A stretch of 64,000 bases of DNA from Oikopleura dioica (Eukaryota > Animalia > Chordata). Made by a program: the position numbers and the translations under genes. Under the pieces are notes generated by a model. The model saw only the letters and a list, made by a program, of their open reading frames with translations. It had not been told where the DNA came from and did not search any database. Location of the stretch: NCBI GenBank assembly GCA_907165135.1, contig OU015567.1:14012001-14076000 (forward strand), written 5' to 3'. How positions within the stretch are numbered: the stretch's first letter is position 1; every line of letters starts with the position of its first letter. Positions 11,471 to 24,082 of this stretch are shown here, piece by piece.

Positions 11471-14400
11471 ATGGGAGCTTGCAAAGAAGGTTCCCTTCTA
11501 TTTTTTGTTAATGGAAAGAAAGTCGAGGATGCAAAAGTCGACCCAGAGGAAACGCTGCTTTATTACTTGAGAAATTCATTGAAACTATGCGGGACGAAGG
11601 TAAATTTCTAAAGAAGAATGATAGCCCGCGTTCAAACTTTATCGGCCAAAATTAGAACCTTGTAGCCCGGTATTTATGCTAAAAATCATTAGCTCGGTTG
11701 TGGTGAAGGAGGCTGCGGAGCATGTACTGTTATGGTTTCGCACTACAAAGATGGCAAAGTCATCCATCGTGCTGTTAACGCTTGCTTAGCTCCTATAATG
11801 AGTGTCCACTTGTGCGCAGTAACAACGATTGAAGGTAAGATGATCTTGCTTTTCGTCCCTCACTCTGCTCAGGAATCGGGTCGACAAAAACCAAGCTCCA
11901 CAAAGTCCAAAAGGTGCTGGTTGAAAACCATGGAAGCCAGTGTGGCTTTTGCACACCCGGAATTGTTATGTCGATGTACACTTTGCTTAGAAACAACCCG
12001 ATTCCAACTGAGTATATGATCGAACGAGCGCTCCAGGGTAACCTTTGTCGATGCACTGGCTACAGACCTATTCTACAAGGATTCAAAATGTTCACTGCTG
12101 AAGGAAATGTCCACGATGACATCAACAAAAAGTCAGTTCCAGATGCTTGTGCTCTTGGGGACGATTGCTGTAAGAATAAGAAAAATGAAGAAAATTCAAC
12201 CGTTCCTGTCATTCCTCAAAAATCTGCTTACACTCCCGACGATGCTTCTCAAGAGCCAATATTTCCACCAGAGCTAAAATCCAAGAATTTCCGAGCACCA
12301 CTAATTCTAAGCGGACCGAGAGCTACATGGTTCCGTCCAAACTCTCTGATTGACTTCCTCAAGCTCAGAATGGACCATCCAGAATCAAAAGTGATCACTG
12401 GCAACACTGAATGTGGCGTTGAAACCAAGTTCGGAGGGAGATTCTATCCCAAATTGATCTCACCCGTCGCCGTTCCAGAGCTAAACCAGATAACCATCAC
12501 TGAATCGAGGATCATTGCTGGTGCAAATGCAACTCTCAACGAAATAGATGCCGAACTCAGGGCCTTTAGAAAGGAAAAGCCGAGTGCAAAGAACCAAGTT
12601 GCCGACGCAATGATAGAAGTAAACTTATTTGAGTACTAATTTGAATATAAAATTTTTCTTTTCAGATTTTTCAATGGTTCGCTGGTGATCAAATTCGAAA
12701 TGTTTCCGCAATTGGAGGAAACTTGATGACTGCCAGTCCGATCTCCGATTTGACACCTATCCTTATGACTGCGGGAGCCACGGCGAAATTTGCCAAATTC
12801 AATAACTCTGATGTGCCGGAGACAAAATGCGTACCAATCGATGCATCATTTTTTACGGGATACAGAAAGACGGTCATGCCAGAGACATCTGCCCTTTTAG
12901 AAATCTCCATCCCTCACAACTCCGAAAACGGTTTCGTCAGGGCTTACAAGCAATCGAAAAGAAAGGAGGACGATATTGCAATCGTGAATGCAGCATTTTT
13001 GGTCGATTTTCAGTCCAAAAGCTTGAATATCAAAACCTTCCGCGCTTCATATGGAGGTGTTGGCCCAACAACAAGACTTGCAAAGAGTGCTGATAAGTTT
13101 ATCGGAGCAGAATGGAATGAAAAACTCCTGGCTGAGATGAGCGCCGCACTAGAAAATGAATTTGACCTGCCCGCCAACTGTCCTGGTGGCTTCGTAGCGT
13201 ATCGAAAATGCTTAGTAACATCGTTTTTCTTCAAATTCTTTTTGACGGTGCAGCAGGAACTTTCGAAAGAAGGTTTTTGTGATCCGAACGAGAATTCCGA
13301 TGTTACGGATCTTGATCGTGAACCATTCGAAAGTATCCAATGTGCCGACGTTCAAACTACTGATGCTGTTGGTCAGTCTATAAAGATCATTTCTGGAGGC
13401 AAGCAATGTACTGGCGAGGCTGTCTATCTCGATGATATGCGAAAACTTGATGGGGAGCTTTATTTTGGTCCTGTTTTGTCGCAGCGCGCACATGCAAAGA
13501 TCAAGAGTGTAGACTTTTCTGCTGCTGAAGCTGTTGAAGGCGTCGCTGGTCATGTTTGGTGGAAAGATGTGAAGGGAGACAACAAAATCAACGACGAGGA
13601 ATATTTTAGACAAGAGGTTGTTACTTCTTGTGGTCAAATTGTCGCGGGTATTCTCGCTGTCGATGAAAAGATCGCAAGGCGAGCCGCCAAGCTTGTCAAG
13701 ATTGAGTATGAAGACATTTCTCCAGTCATTGTCACCATCGAAGATGCGATCAAATACGAGAGTTATCTGCCCAACGCTCCTCGTCTTCGACATGACCGTG
13801 GTGACCCTGACAAGGCTTTTGAAGAAGCAGAGCACAAAATTGAATCAACTATGCGAGTGGGCGGCCAGTTGCATTTCTACTTGGAGACGCAAGCCAGCTA
13901 CTGTATTCCGATGGACAACTCCGACGAGTTTCATATTTACTCTAGCTGCCAAAATGTTGCCGAAGGTCAGCGCTCTGCAGCGCATGCTCTTGGCGTGCCA
14001 ATGAATCATATCAACTTCGCCGTGAAACGTCTCGGCGGTGGTTTCGGAGGAAAAGAAAGTCGATTCCACATTCTCTCGAGCGCTGTCGCTGTTGCCGCGC
14101 AAAAATTCAATCGCCCTGTTCGATGCATGTTAGATCGTGACGAAGACATGATGTACACTGGTGGTCGACACGCCTTCTTGAGCAATTATAAAGTCGGTTT
14201 CGATAGCAGTGGCAAGATTTCATCTGTCTCAATTATGGGCTATCAAAATGCTGGATGCTCGACTGATCTTTCCATTGCTGTTCTTTCCTGCTTCATCGAC
14301 CGCAGCTTCAACTGCTATCACTTTCCAAACTTCCGAGTCGTTGGTCACTGCATGATGACAAACACGCCATCAAACACTGCTTTCCGAGGCTTTGGTGGAC

Positions 14401-15917
14401 CTCAGGGCATGCTCGTCGCCGAGGATATCATCAGCAAAGTCGCTGACTACCTGGAAATGCCAGTCGAAGAAGTTCGTCAAATCAACTTCCTCAAGCCTGG
14501 CGATCGACTTCCTTTCGGCGAAGACGATAAACAAATCCTCACAGATGAACATATCATCAAGGAACTTTACGAAAAGACCGATTCAACTTGGAACATTTCG
14601 AAGAAACGCGTGGCAAATGACGAGTTCAACAAAGCCAACAAGTATAAGAAACGAGGAGTTGCGCTTGTTCCCACCCAGTTCAATATAGCTTTCGCAGAGA
14701 AGAAATTCTTGAATCAAGGTGGCGCACTTGTACAGATTTATACAGGTAAATAAAGCCTTTCATCATAAAATATGAGAATCGAATCAAAGATGGAAGTGTG
14801 CTCGTCGCTCATGGAGGAGTTGAGATGGGGCAGGGTCTTTACACAAAGATGATCCAAATCGCTTCCAAGGAGCTTGATATTCCAGTCGAGAAGATTCACA
14901 CTCTTGAGACTTCATCAACGACAGTTCCAAATACTTCACCCACGGCAGCTTCATATTCGTCGGATATCAACGGCTGGGCAGTGAAGAAAGCTTGTGAAGA
15001 ACTTCGAGAGCGACTTTCGGTTACTAAAATGTAGAAAACACAGAGTTAACTTCTTTTTAGTCGATTCACAAGACCGATCCTTTCATCACCTGGGAGGAAA
15101 AAATCAAAAAGGCATACTTCCAGCGAATCAGTTTATCTGCTACTGCCTTCTGGAAGGCACCAAATATCACGTGGGATCCAGTCGCTCGAATCGGAAAACA
15201 CTCCGATTACTATTGCTACGGTGCCTGCGGAGCTGAAGTTGAAGTTGATTTGCTAACTGGAAATCATACTGTAAGTTATTTCAAAATAAATCAAGTCAAC
15301 AATGGTAAATTTATCATAACTTATGATTCATAAGATCCGAGACGTGGAAATCATGATGGACGTTGGAAGATCACTTAATCCCGCTATTGATATTGGACAA
15401 ATTGAAGGCGCTTTTATGCAGGTTAACATTAGATCATTGCCCATAAAAATTGTCGTTTAGGGGGTAGGTCTCATGACCATGGAAGAAGAACTGTACAGTC
15501 CAACGGGTCGGCTACTGACACGAGGTCCTGGTGCATACAAAATACCTGGATTCGCCGATATTCCTGCCAAACTGAAAGTTTCGCTCTACGACAAGTTCAG
15601 CAATCGCCATGGCCTCTACCATTCTAAGGTTACTCCGCAGCATTTGTTCGACATTTGACAATGATTTAGGGAGTTGGTGAACCACCATTGTTCATGGGAG
15701 CAGGTGTCTTCTATGCTATCCGAGATGCAATTCGACAAGTCAACACTGACAAACTCCTGGATTGGCACTCGCCCGCAACTGTCGAAAGAATTCGACTCTC
15801 TGTCGGCGATGCCTTGTCGTCTTCTGTATGGAATCATCTAAGTACTATCAATAATGTTATTTCTAGGCAAAATCAACAACTCCTGCTACTGATGACCCGT
15901 GGTGCGTTCGACGATAA
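11471..15917 (+). CDS. XDH: Xanthine dehydrogenase/oxidase (2Fe-2S, FAD and molybdopterin domains)
   Basis: FFVNGKKV; [16 protein letters not shown]; [11 protein letters not shown]; [12 protein letters not shown]; FFTGYRKT; [11 protein letters not shown]; [10 protein letters not shown]; GVGEPPLF; C-terminal PWCVRR*. All introns are GT-AG and join in frame. The Glu of GGKES, the Arg of AFRG and the Tyr of GYRK favour XDH over aldehyde oxidase. Confidence 0.97.
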
Positions 15918-15966
15918 ACTCGATAGTTTTATTGGCAGAATTGTCTTGTACAAAAAATAAAGGATC

Positions 15967-16359
15967 CTAAACAAGAATTTTTTCCGCCATAGCGTTCGTC
16001 AATTCTGGACACGCATCTGAAAACTGGCCGCCAAAGTCTTGAATCTTTTCTTGAGTAAACTGCGTTGAAATTTCTTGTGTGATATTTTGAAACGTCGAAT
16101 TAAACCATATCTCGATTTCTTCCCATTTTTCCTAGAAATTTTGTTTTCAGAAACATTTTTTCTTTGAATAAATTTATACCTGTAAGATAGTGTATTCTTC
16201 CCCAAGCTGAACATATTCTTCACTGAGTATATCAAGTTTCCCGGTGAGGTAGAAATTTTGTAAAACAAGGCCGCCGAATACTATTATTTGAAACATCTCA
16301 GAGCGAATTAAGCAGTACAGGTATTGAATTGGCTTCGTGATGAGATTAGTCCAAATCAT
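15967..16359 (-). CDS. Small two-exon protein with one hydrophobic segment (about 115 aa), unknown
   Basis: Acceptor-like TATTCAG immediately before the ATG. Exon 1 MIWTNLITKPIQYLYCLIRSEMFQIIVFGGLVLQNF..ILQ|GTATAA joins a phase-0 exon EKWEEIEIWFNSTF..AMAEKILV*. Confidence 0.65.
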
Positions 16360-16708
16360 TCTGAATAGTTAGAGGTTGAAAGAAAAATTTATGAAGAGAA
16401 AAAGCAGGTTCACTTTTAACAATTCATTGTGGTTGAGAAGGACCATTCTGTCCTTCAACAACATAATTTTAGCTGTTCTAGAGAGATTTCGCTTGAGGAT
16501 GCAACATTTTTTCCAAAAAAGGGAAAGTTCTTCGCCTAACTAGAGCTGACTTCTCACACAGAGATTGAGACGATTCGGCTCCTACTTCTTTTATCAATTT
16601 TCTTCTTTTTCAGTTCCCAGAGAATCAATATTATTATTTCTCATCGTCCAGGAAAGGATTTCATTGGATAAAAATAAAAACCTCTATTTTTCATCGATTA
16701 GAAATTCG

Positions 16709-17649
16709 ATGAAACTCTCAATAGAAATGAACCTCGAGGACTTGAAAATAAAGATAGAAAGTCAAAAGAAGAACGTTGCTACTTTCCAGAGAAAATATAA
16801 TGAAGCCACTGCAACCATCAAGAAAAAGACTCGGAGATTACAAAATTGAAAGGAATCATCGAATCGAGGGACCAAACCATCCAAAATCTAAGAAAAGAAG
16901 TTGAAGGCGAAGCGAAAATTGATATCAAGGAGGACAATAAAAAGGCGCTAGTTTTTCAAAAATCTCAGATCCAGCGGCTAGAGAAGCAGAAGGAAGAATT
17001 AGAAAAGCAGAAGACATCCAAGGACGTAATCATCAAAAATCAGCAGGAAGAAATACAAGAGCTCAAAAAAACTTTGGCCAATATTCGAGAAAATCTCAAG
17101 GGAACTCAAAATATTAATCGAAAGCTGAAAAAAGAGCTGAAAGACTCACCAGACCAAAACAAAATGCACGAAATGCAATCAGCTAACGATGCCCAGAAAA
17201 GCGCCCTAGAAACTCGAATTCGGGGGCTAGAGGAAGAACTGGAGAAAGATGGAGAAAAGCACTCTCTGTTAGAAGAAGAATTGAAAAAAGAAATACTCGA
17301 GATGAAAGACAACGAACGAAAGCAAACGAATGAAATCTCAGATCTCAAAACGAAACTTGAAGAAAAGAGCCAGGAGAAAAGCGACTTTTTGATGAAGCTA
17401 GTAAAATCAGAGTCAAAATCTAGGAGGGTTTTATCCCTAATCAACGACCAACTGAGGGAACTCAACAGCAAATCCGACAACCAAACTGCTGAACTCCAGC
17501 AATTGCGGAAACAGCTGGAAGAGCTCAAGACGGAGAATCAGACTCTTGCGGGGTTCTACCACAGCGAAAGAAAGGTATTTTAAACTGGATAATCGATGTA
17601 ACTTTCAATTTATTAGTTGCGTGCGAAGAATAAATCTGGTTATGTCTAA
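16709..17649 (+). CDS. Coiled-coil protein, tandem paralog 1, with an apparent 1-nt frameshift near 16826
   Basis: The N-terminus (MKLSIEMNLEDLKIKIESQKKNVATFQRKYNEATATIKK) and ORF 16846-17583 both align to paralog 2 but in different frames. The last exon LRAKNKSGYV* follows a GT-AG intron. Confidence 0.75.
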
Positions 17650-17760
17650 AATATTGACAAGGTCATCCCTGGAAAATATTCTGTTGAGAACTTCATCCTT
17701 TTCCCGTTCTTACATGCGGGTGCATTTGATAACTATCCTGAAATAAATAATTATCTGAAA
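17650..17760 (-). pseudogene. Degenerate duplicate of the last cPLA2 exon
   Basis: The minus strand reads TTTCAG|..(stop)EREKDEVLNRIFSRDDLVNI, matching REKDELLNTIFAKDDLVNI* at 19442-19352. Confidence 0.65.
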
Positions 17761-17962
17761 GCATCATTTATGTCCCCTAGTCCTTCTTTGCAAGTTGTTA
17801 TCTCACTTAGATCAATCGGTGCGTGTGAGACCGTTTTACCATTATTTTTATCGAAAGAATCTCGTTTTCTTATTCCACTTCGAGAAAAAAAATCTCGTTT
17901 TTTGTCTGCTGCAATTTTCAGGAAAGATTTCATTTCGTAAGAACAGAGAAATTGACTTTTGA

Positions 17963-19329
17963 ATGAAAACTTTGACAGAAATGAGCGTCGAGGAGTTAAA
18001 GCTCAAAATCAAAAACCAAAAAGAAAGCAATGCCACTATCCAGAGAAAGTTTAATGAAGCCACCGCAACCATCAAGACTAAGAATTCTGAAATTCTAAAG
18101 CTGAAATCTGAAATAAAATCGCACGGTGAAGAGTCGACATCCAAGGACGAAATCATCAAAAATCTTCAAGCTCAAATGAATGTGGAGACACGAAAACTAG
18201 ATGATATGGTAAAACTGCACGAAGATGGTAAACAAACCTTAATTCATCAGAATTTTCAAATCAAATGCCAGCAACAGAAATTTGAGATAGACGCTACAAG
18301 AAATCTGCACGAGATGGCCAAATTTCACGAAGGAAGACTAAAATCAAAAGACCAGATCATCAACAATTTTCAAGCCCAAATAAATATGGACAATAGAAAA
18401 ATGCATGAAATGATGAAAATCAGCGAAGATCGTAAAAAGGCGTTACTGCATGAGCAGTCTCAAGTTCAATGCCTAAAACAGCAACTCGAAAAAGATGGTC
18501 AAAAACAGTCTGGGGTAGAAGAAGAATTGAAAAAAGAAATAAACGAATTGAAAGATTCCTACTCCTTATTGCAGGAACATGTTCGGAATAAAGAGTTACA
18601 ACTTGCGAACGAAATCAGAAAACTGGAAGAAAAAGACAAGCTGATAATATTTATAACAGATGAAATCAAAGATCTCAGAAAAACTCATGACAGCCTGACT
18701 TCATTTGCCGAATTAAGGAAACAACTAGATGATGAAGATGCCAAAAGAAATATGAAAGAAATAATGAGGACTAACGAAGATCAGAAAAATTCTCTTGCTC
18801 GCCAAGAATCTCAGATACAGCGGCTCGAGAAACAGAAAATAGAGCTGGAAAAAGACATCTCCAAACACACCGAGCTTGAAGATGAATTGAAAAAAGAAAT
18901 AAACGAGATGAAGGATTCTTATGTCTTACTTCAAGAGCAAATGCGGGATCGAGAATTAGAAGATACGAACGTAATAACGGATCTAAAAGCGAAACTTGAA
19001 GTAAAAAGGCAGGAGAAAATTGACTTTGTGATGAAGCAAATGAAGTCAGAATCAAAAAGCAGACAAGTTCTCTCCCTAATAAATCACCAACTGAACGATT
19101 TCAACGGCAAATTCGACAGCCAAACTGCTGAACTCAAGGAAATCAACTGTAAATTCGACAAGCAAACAACAGAAATTCATGAATTATGCAAACAGATAGA
19201 GGAGCTCAAGATGGAGAATCAAACCCTTGCTGGGCTCTACCGCAGCGAAAAAAAGGTAGCATCGAAATTTCGTTGAAAGAAAATACATTTTTTATTTTTC
19301 AGCTTCGCCAGACATTAAAATCCGGCTAA
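17963..19329 (+). CDS. Coiled-coil protein, tandem paralog 2, with internal repeats
   Basis: 437-aa ORF of heptad character. Internal repeats EELKKEINELKDSYSLLQE / DELKKEINEMKDSYVLLQE. Final micro-exon LRQTLKSG* after a GT-AG intron at 19257-19302. Confidence 0.85.
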
Positions 19330-19351
19330 GAATACACAGTTATCTGCACAG

Positions 19352-22300
19352 TTAAATATTGACCAGGTCATCTTTAGCGAAAATCGTGTTGAGAAGTTCA
19401 TCTTTTTCCCGCTCTCGCATGCTGCTGCCCTCGATATCTTTCCTGAAATAAATCGCCATAAATAAAAATTAATCTGACAGCGTCGCTCATCAATCATTTT
19501 GATATAAAACTCGCGTTGGAAATAGAAAAAGAAACAAACCTGGAAATCGTGTGACGCGTTCTGAATCGTCGTCTTAGTTTAACAACGTCACTTATCACGT
19601 CTTTGACGAGTTCGATATTGTTAAGCACATTGTATTCCATCAAACTTTCCAAATTTTCAAAGGACTTTTTGTCTTCCTCCAGGGTTTTCAGTGATCTCAG
19701 AAAAGGACATATGCACTTGAAAAGGCACATAACAAGCAGATCATGTGTTCTATCTCGGCAGGTGACAAGGTTATCGGAACAATCTACAAGGGCGTCCCTT
19801 GCTCTAAAATTTCCACAGCTGCTTGAAATTTTAGCGCTATTTTCATATAAAAGTAATCGGGAAAGCTCAGTTTTTTATGAAAGAAACGAGAATGAGCTCT
19901 ACTGGAAAGCACTCAGAACTCTTTATTTTCTTCCAAAAACAGAGAATTTCATCCCTTCGAGATGAGCTCACGCCTTTGGTTACTTTCGAAAATACCACCC
20001 GCCGCCTGGAGAATGCACATGATCTTGCCCTAGAAACAGAACACCTTGTATACTAAAATAATCTGCTAAACCCTTATCATAAGTAAAGTTGAAAGTAGAA
20101 TACATATTTGATGGATTTTCGAAGATTGGGAAATCGCCACTTTTATCGCCTTCTTCTCGTTTTACTCCTGAATAAAATTGATTTTCTGCTTGAATCTGTG
20201 TCGATCTACCTGGTTTTGAATAATTTTTGAAGCTCTTATTTACAAGCATGAATAAAATAATAATCGGCGCGTTCATATTCACCTCATCTTTTATCAAATA
20301 AACCTCTTCCAGGGGCTTATTCGGGTCAATAACCGGAACGTGTGGAAATGGAATGTCATGTATTCTAGCCCACTTTTCAGCCAATCGAACTTGCTGCAGA
20401 GGATCGAAATTTTCCCCGGCAGGATCGTCAAGGCTTCGCGCAGAAAATTCAAAAGCGATGAAAATGTCCACTGCTCGCTGAGGTCTCAAAACTGGTGGAA
20501 ATGGGAGATTCATTGCTAGGCCACCATCGACGATATGGAGGACTTTTCGATCTGGAATCGGTTCGTCGAGAAGTTGGAACTCGCCTTCTTCTTGAACAAC
20601 AGGAATGTCGCTTGTAAACGGCGACAAGGGGTAGTTCTTCTCGATGTCCAAGCCTCTCATAAAGTTCAAAACCCGGGGCGCTCTGATCCCACGGTTCGAG
20701 AGAAACGAGCATCTATCATTGACAATTAAGCAGAATCTGTTGAAGAAGGAAAGTGACCCGTCGTCGCAAATGGAAGGACTTCGGCAGACGCTCTTCTCAC
20801 GACCAATTGTCAGACAATTGTTGTTTTCGTTTTGGCACTGAGCGAAGAAGCGATAAAAAAGGCTTGATAGATATGAAAGAACTTACATATTTTGGCTCGT
20901 CGATGTTGAGAACGCTCATTGATGGCCGCCTCTTATGCGAAGATCGCCTTCTTTCCCCTTCGATTCTAGGGCTTCCAGAAGGATTTCTTGACATTCTCTG
21001 CGACGGCCTCTTTTCGGGGAGTTCCAGTCGAGAGGACCTCTTTGCCGGCTCCGGTGTGTGAATTTCGCTGGCATTTGAAATCGATGATGACGAAAACCAC
21101 TTTGATACACTTTTCCCGGCTGACCAAATAGAGTTGATTGATTTTTTAAAAACGCCCTTGTTGTTCTGTTTCACTGGCAAAGTTCAGACTTATTTCGAAA
21201 CAAAATCAACAAATTCATCAACAAATTAATCATTAGTCAGAACCTTTCCCTGTCGATCTTCTCCTGGGCATATCTTCATCAGAGTTGGTGCCTACATTTT
21301 CTTCTTGAATAATTTGGTTCATTTCTTCCGTTTCTGACTCTTTCATTGCAGGAGACTTCGGATCAAGAACTCGATGAATCAAAATGCTAAAAGCCGATCC
21401 CCAGAGACCCTGAAGAAAGTGCAGCGGAAACTCTTCAAATTTCTGGACAATCGAGCCCATGAAAAACTCTGAACCAAAGTTTTCCGGCTTCATGAAGGTT
21501 CCATATTTAGGGACGCCGATTTCAAAAGGCGTGAATTCCACCCACTCGTGGTACTTGATTGCGCTTTCTTTTGGCTTGACCACGACAGCCACCATGATCG
21601 GAAGAGGGTTTTCGCCGGCGTCGCAATGTCGGGTCATATCGGATAGACGGGCTTTTAGATTGTGTTTTCCGAGGAGTGATTCGCCGATCATCGTGCCGAA
21701 GATGTCGGTAAAACTTACTGGTTGTCCGATTTTATGCTTTTCCCAGAGAGTTTTTACATATCCACGGAGCTTCTCAGGCGCAAGAAATTTCATTTTCGAA
21801 TTTTCGATTCGACCCTTGATTTCTTCATTCACAGATTTTGAGTTCAAAGAGCTTGAGTTGTAAAAAGTGGAAATATACCAGCCAGAGCCAGATAAACCCG
21901 CCGCATATGTGACTGTATCCAGTATTCCCGACGACTGCAGCGCATTCATCGCTCCAGCCATCCCTACCATCGCTCTGAAACCACCACCAGAACCGAGTAG
22001 GGCGATAGTTGGTGTGTGTCGGACGCTTTTTGGACCACGCTCACCGAGTAATTCTTGTAGCTTCAGTTTGACTCGTTCTTTTCTCTTACTTCGGAAATAT
22101 TTCTCTGAACCGCAAAGGGCGAGGGAATATCGTAAGTCTGGCGTATGGATTTCTTCAAACTAATTTCATTAAAAATGGATATTTCGGAGACTTACTTTGA
22201 AAGAAATATCGACTTCACTTGATTCGGAGAAATAAAATGTTCGTTTTTGATATTCTTTCGTTACTGCCAAATCCGACAGCTCAACAAAAATCCATTGTTT

Positions 22301-22731
22301 TGGGTAAAAATTGACATTGGCTAATTCAACTTTTCAATTTTCAACCCTAGCCTTGAATTCAAATCGTCGGTTGAGTAGTTCTTATCCATTATTGCAATTT
22401 CAATCTCCTCGTTGTCTTCCAAATCCTCGAATGGTGGAATTTTGAATAAAAGTTCTTCGTTAAATTTTGGCGATTTTTGGTTCGTAAAATATCGCGTTTT
22501 CTTCGTTGTTTTCGCTGCGAAAGGTACAGTGACGGATATGTATGGATCAGGCGTGTCGATAAAGTCGCTGATCATTCCTTTTGAAATTTTCCTTCCTTCA
22601 TGAACAAAGACGTAGAAATTCAACGGGTTCTTTTTCTTAACATCGAAGAAGGAAAACGGATCAGCCTTTTCTTTGGCGCTAGAATCCGCGGCGAATTTGA
22701 CCGAGTTGCCAAGCTTCTTTTTCAAAATCAT
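19352..22731 (-). CDS. PLA2G4A: Cytosolic phospholipase A2 (group IV): C2 domain plus catalytic domain
   Basis: C2 domain (DTPDPYISVTVP..P.FNEEL); ALLGSGGGFRAM; GLSGSGW (catalytic Ser); WVEFTPFEIG; HIVDGGLAMNLPFP (catalytic Asp); YSTFNF; LMEYNVLNNIELVK. The final exon RKDIEGSS..DDLVNI* joins by a phase-2 GT-AG intron. One junction near 22270-22350 is unresolved. Confidence 0.92.
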
Positions 22732-23275
22732 CTCTCGCGTTTATGTTGTTTTCGATTAAAACTCTCTTACAGTGATTTCGCCAAATCAGAGTCAGCTCGG
22801 GTCGGCTTTGATCGACGAGACTAATCGCTTCTAATTTTGGTGACGCCAAAGGTCTTCCGGTCTGAAACAATTACAATCCTCTCTGTTCGATTTCGGGTTT
22901 TACAAAAGAGAAATTTCTTCCAGAAAACTCTTTTTCAAAAGAATTTATTCTTCAAATGAGAGTAATCCCTCGCGGGGGAGATCATTTTCCCGGCGAGTGT
23001 GCTTATATACTTTACTCTACGATAAAGATGCATTGTGTTTGGCAACTTCTGCGAGATTGAATAATTAATCATCTGTCAAGCTGTTTTTGTCAAATATTTC
23101 AGGCTTTTTCTCATTGAAAATTATTCAGGAATTAAAAATAGTTGATTCAAATTGATTTGATGTCTTCGTATTAAACTATCCTTTAGTCTAAAGGCTTTAG
23201 ATTAATATAGCATCTTTGGTCATTTTTACACTTTGAAGTCAGGTCGGGACTGGTTTCATTTTACTCATTTATTTT

Positions 23276-24082
23276 TCAATAATCGCAGCTTGGAATATTA
23301 CAGTACTCCCATCTTTTTGAGCGATCCAATGTGTAACACCATGGCCCACCTGGCTCATCATCCGGGTTTAGACAGTAGTTAGTATCCACATATCTCTCGC
23401 CATATCTTTGTCGAACCATATTTTCACGCGTATGGCTGTGGGGTGTCTGTGAGTTCCATTTTTGGCATGAGCGTCCCGACTTAGTCACTTTTAATCTTCG
23501 AGAATTTATATCAGAAATCAAGAAGACAGAAAACAAGAAAGAAACTTATAAATTTAGAGGATTTCCTATATGATGTCCGGTGTAATAGCGCCCACGAGGA
23601 TCAATAGATGGTATGCAAGAAGCCAACTGAATGTCGCAGTGAAAATCCATCTTTTTCATTAAAGAAACAGACGTTGAAAACCTTCTGAATTCGATAATTG
23701 CGTCGTTGGGTTTCTGGACACTCAACAGAGACCCTGTAGCTGTAACCGTTTTATCTTCAAGAATACGAAATGACTTTGAATCGATGAGAATATCACAATT
23801 TGTCAAAGTTGCGGTGTAGTTCAGAATGTTCAGTTTTGCCTCCAATGTCATTTTCTCGCCTAAGCTATCTCCCCCTGAATTATAAACATATCAAATGGAC
23901 TCAGCTAAATTCTTACCAGAAACATGCAAGAAAATATCAGGTGTGCCTGACTGCTCATCAGAACTTCTTTGTGCTCTTGATCTTATTGACGCTGCAGTTA
24001 ACCGTATTATTTCTTTGTCTTCAAAGCCTCTTTTTGAAACAGAGAAAGTAAAAAACAAGTAAAATATTTTGAATCTCATCAT
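23276..24082 (-). CDS. Secreted protein with an unknown N-terminal region and one C-terminal kringle domain
   Basis: Signal-like MMRFKIFYLFFTFSVS. Exon 2 is joined by a phase-1 GT-AG intron. Kringle with all six Cys: C..GRYYTG..TKSGRSCQKW..NYCLNPD..GPWCYT..RWEYCNIPSC. The last junction needs a GA-AG intron. Confidence 0.85.

Noticed and set aside
11471-15917. Aldehyde oxidase identity or unusual XDH features
   Set aside because: The XDH-type catalytic and NAD-site residues are present and all introns are canonical. It looks like an ordinary XDH.
22270-22350. A specific non-canonical intron in the cPLA2 C2 domain
   Set aside because: A frame change is needed, but no donor/acceptor pair gave both plausible length and alignment. 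Left unresolved.
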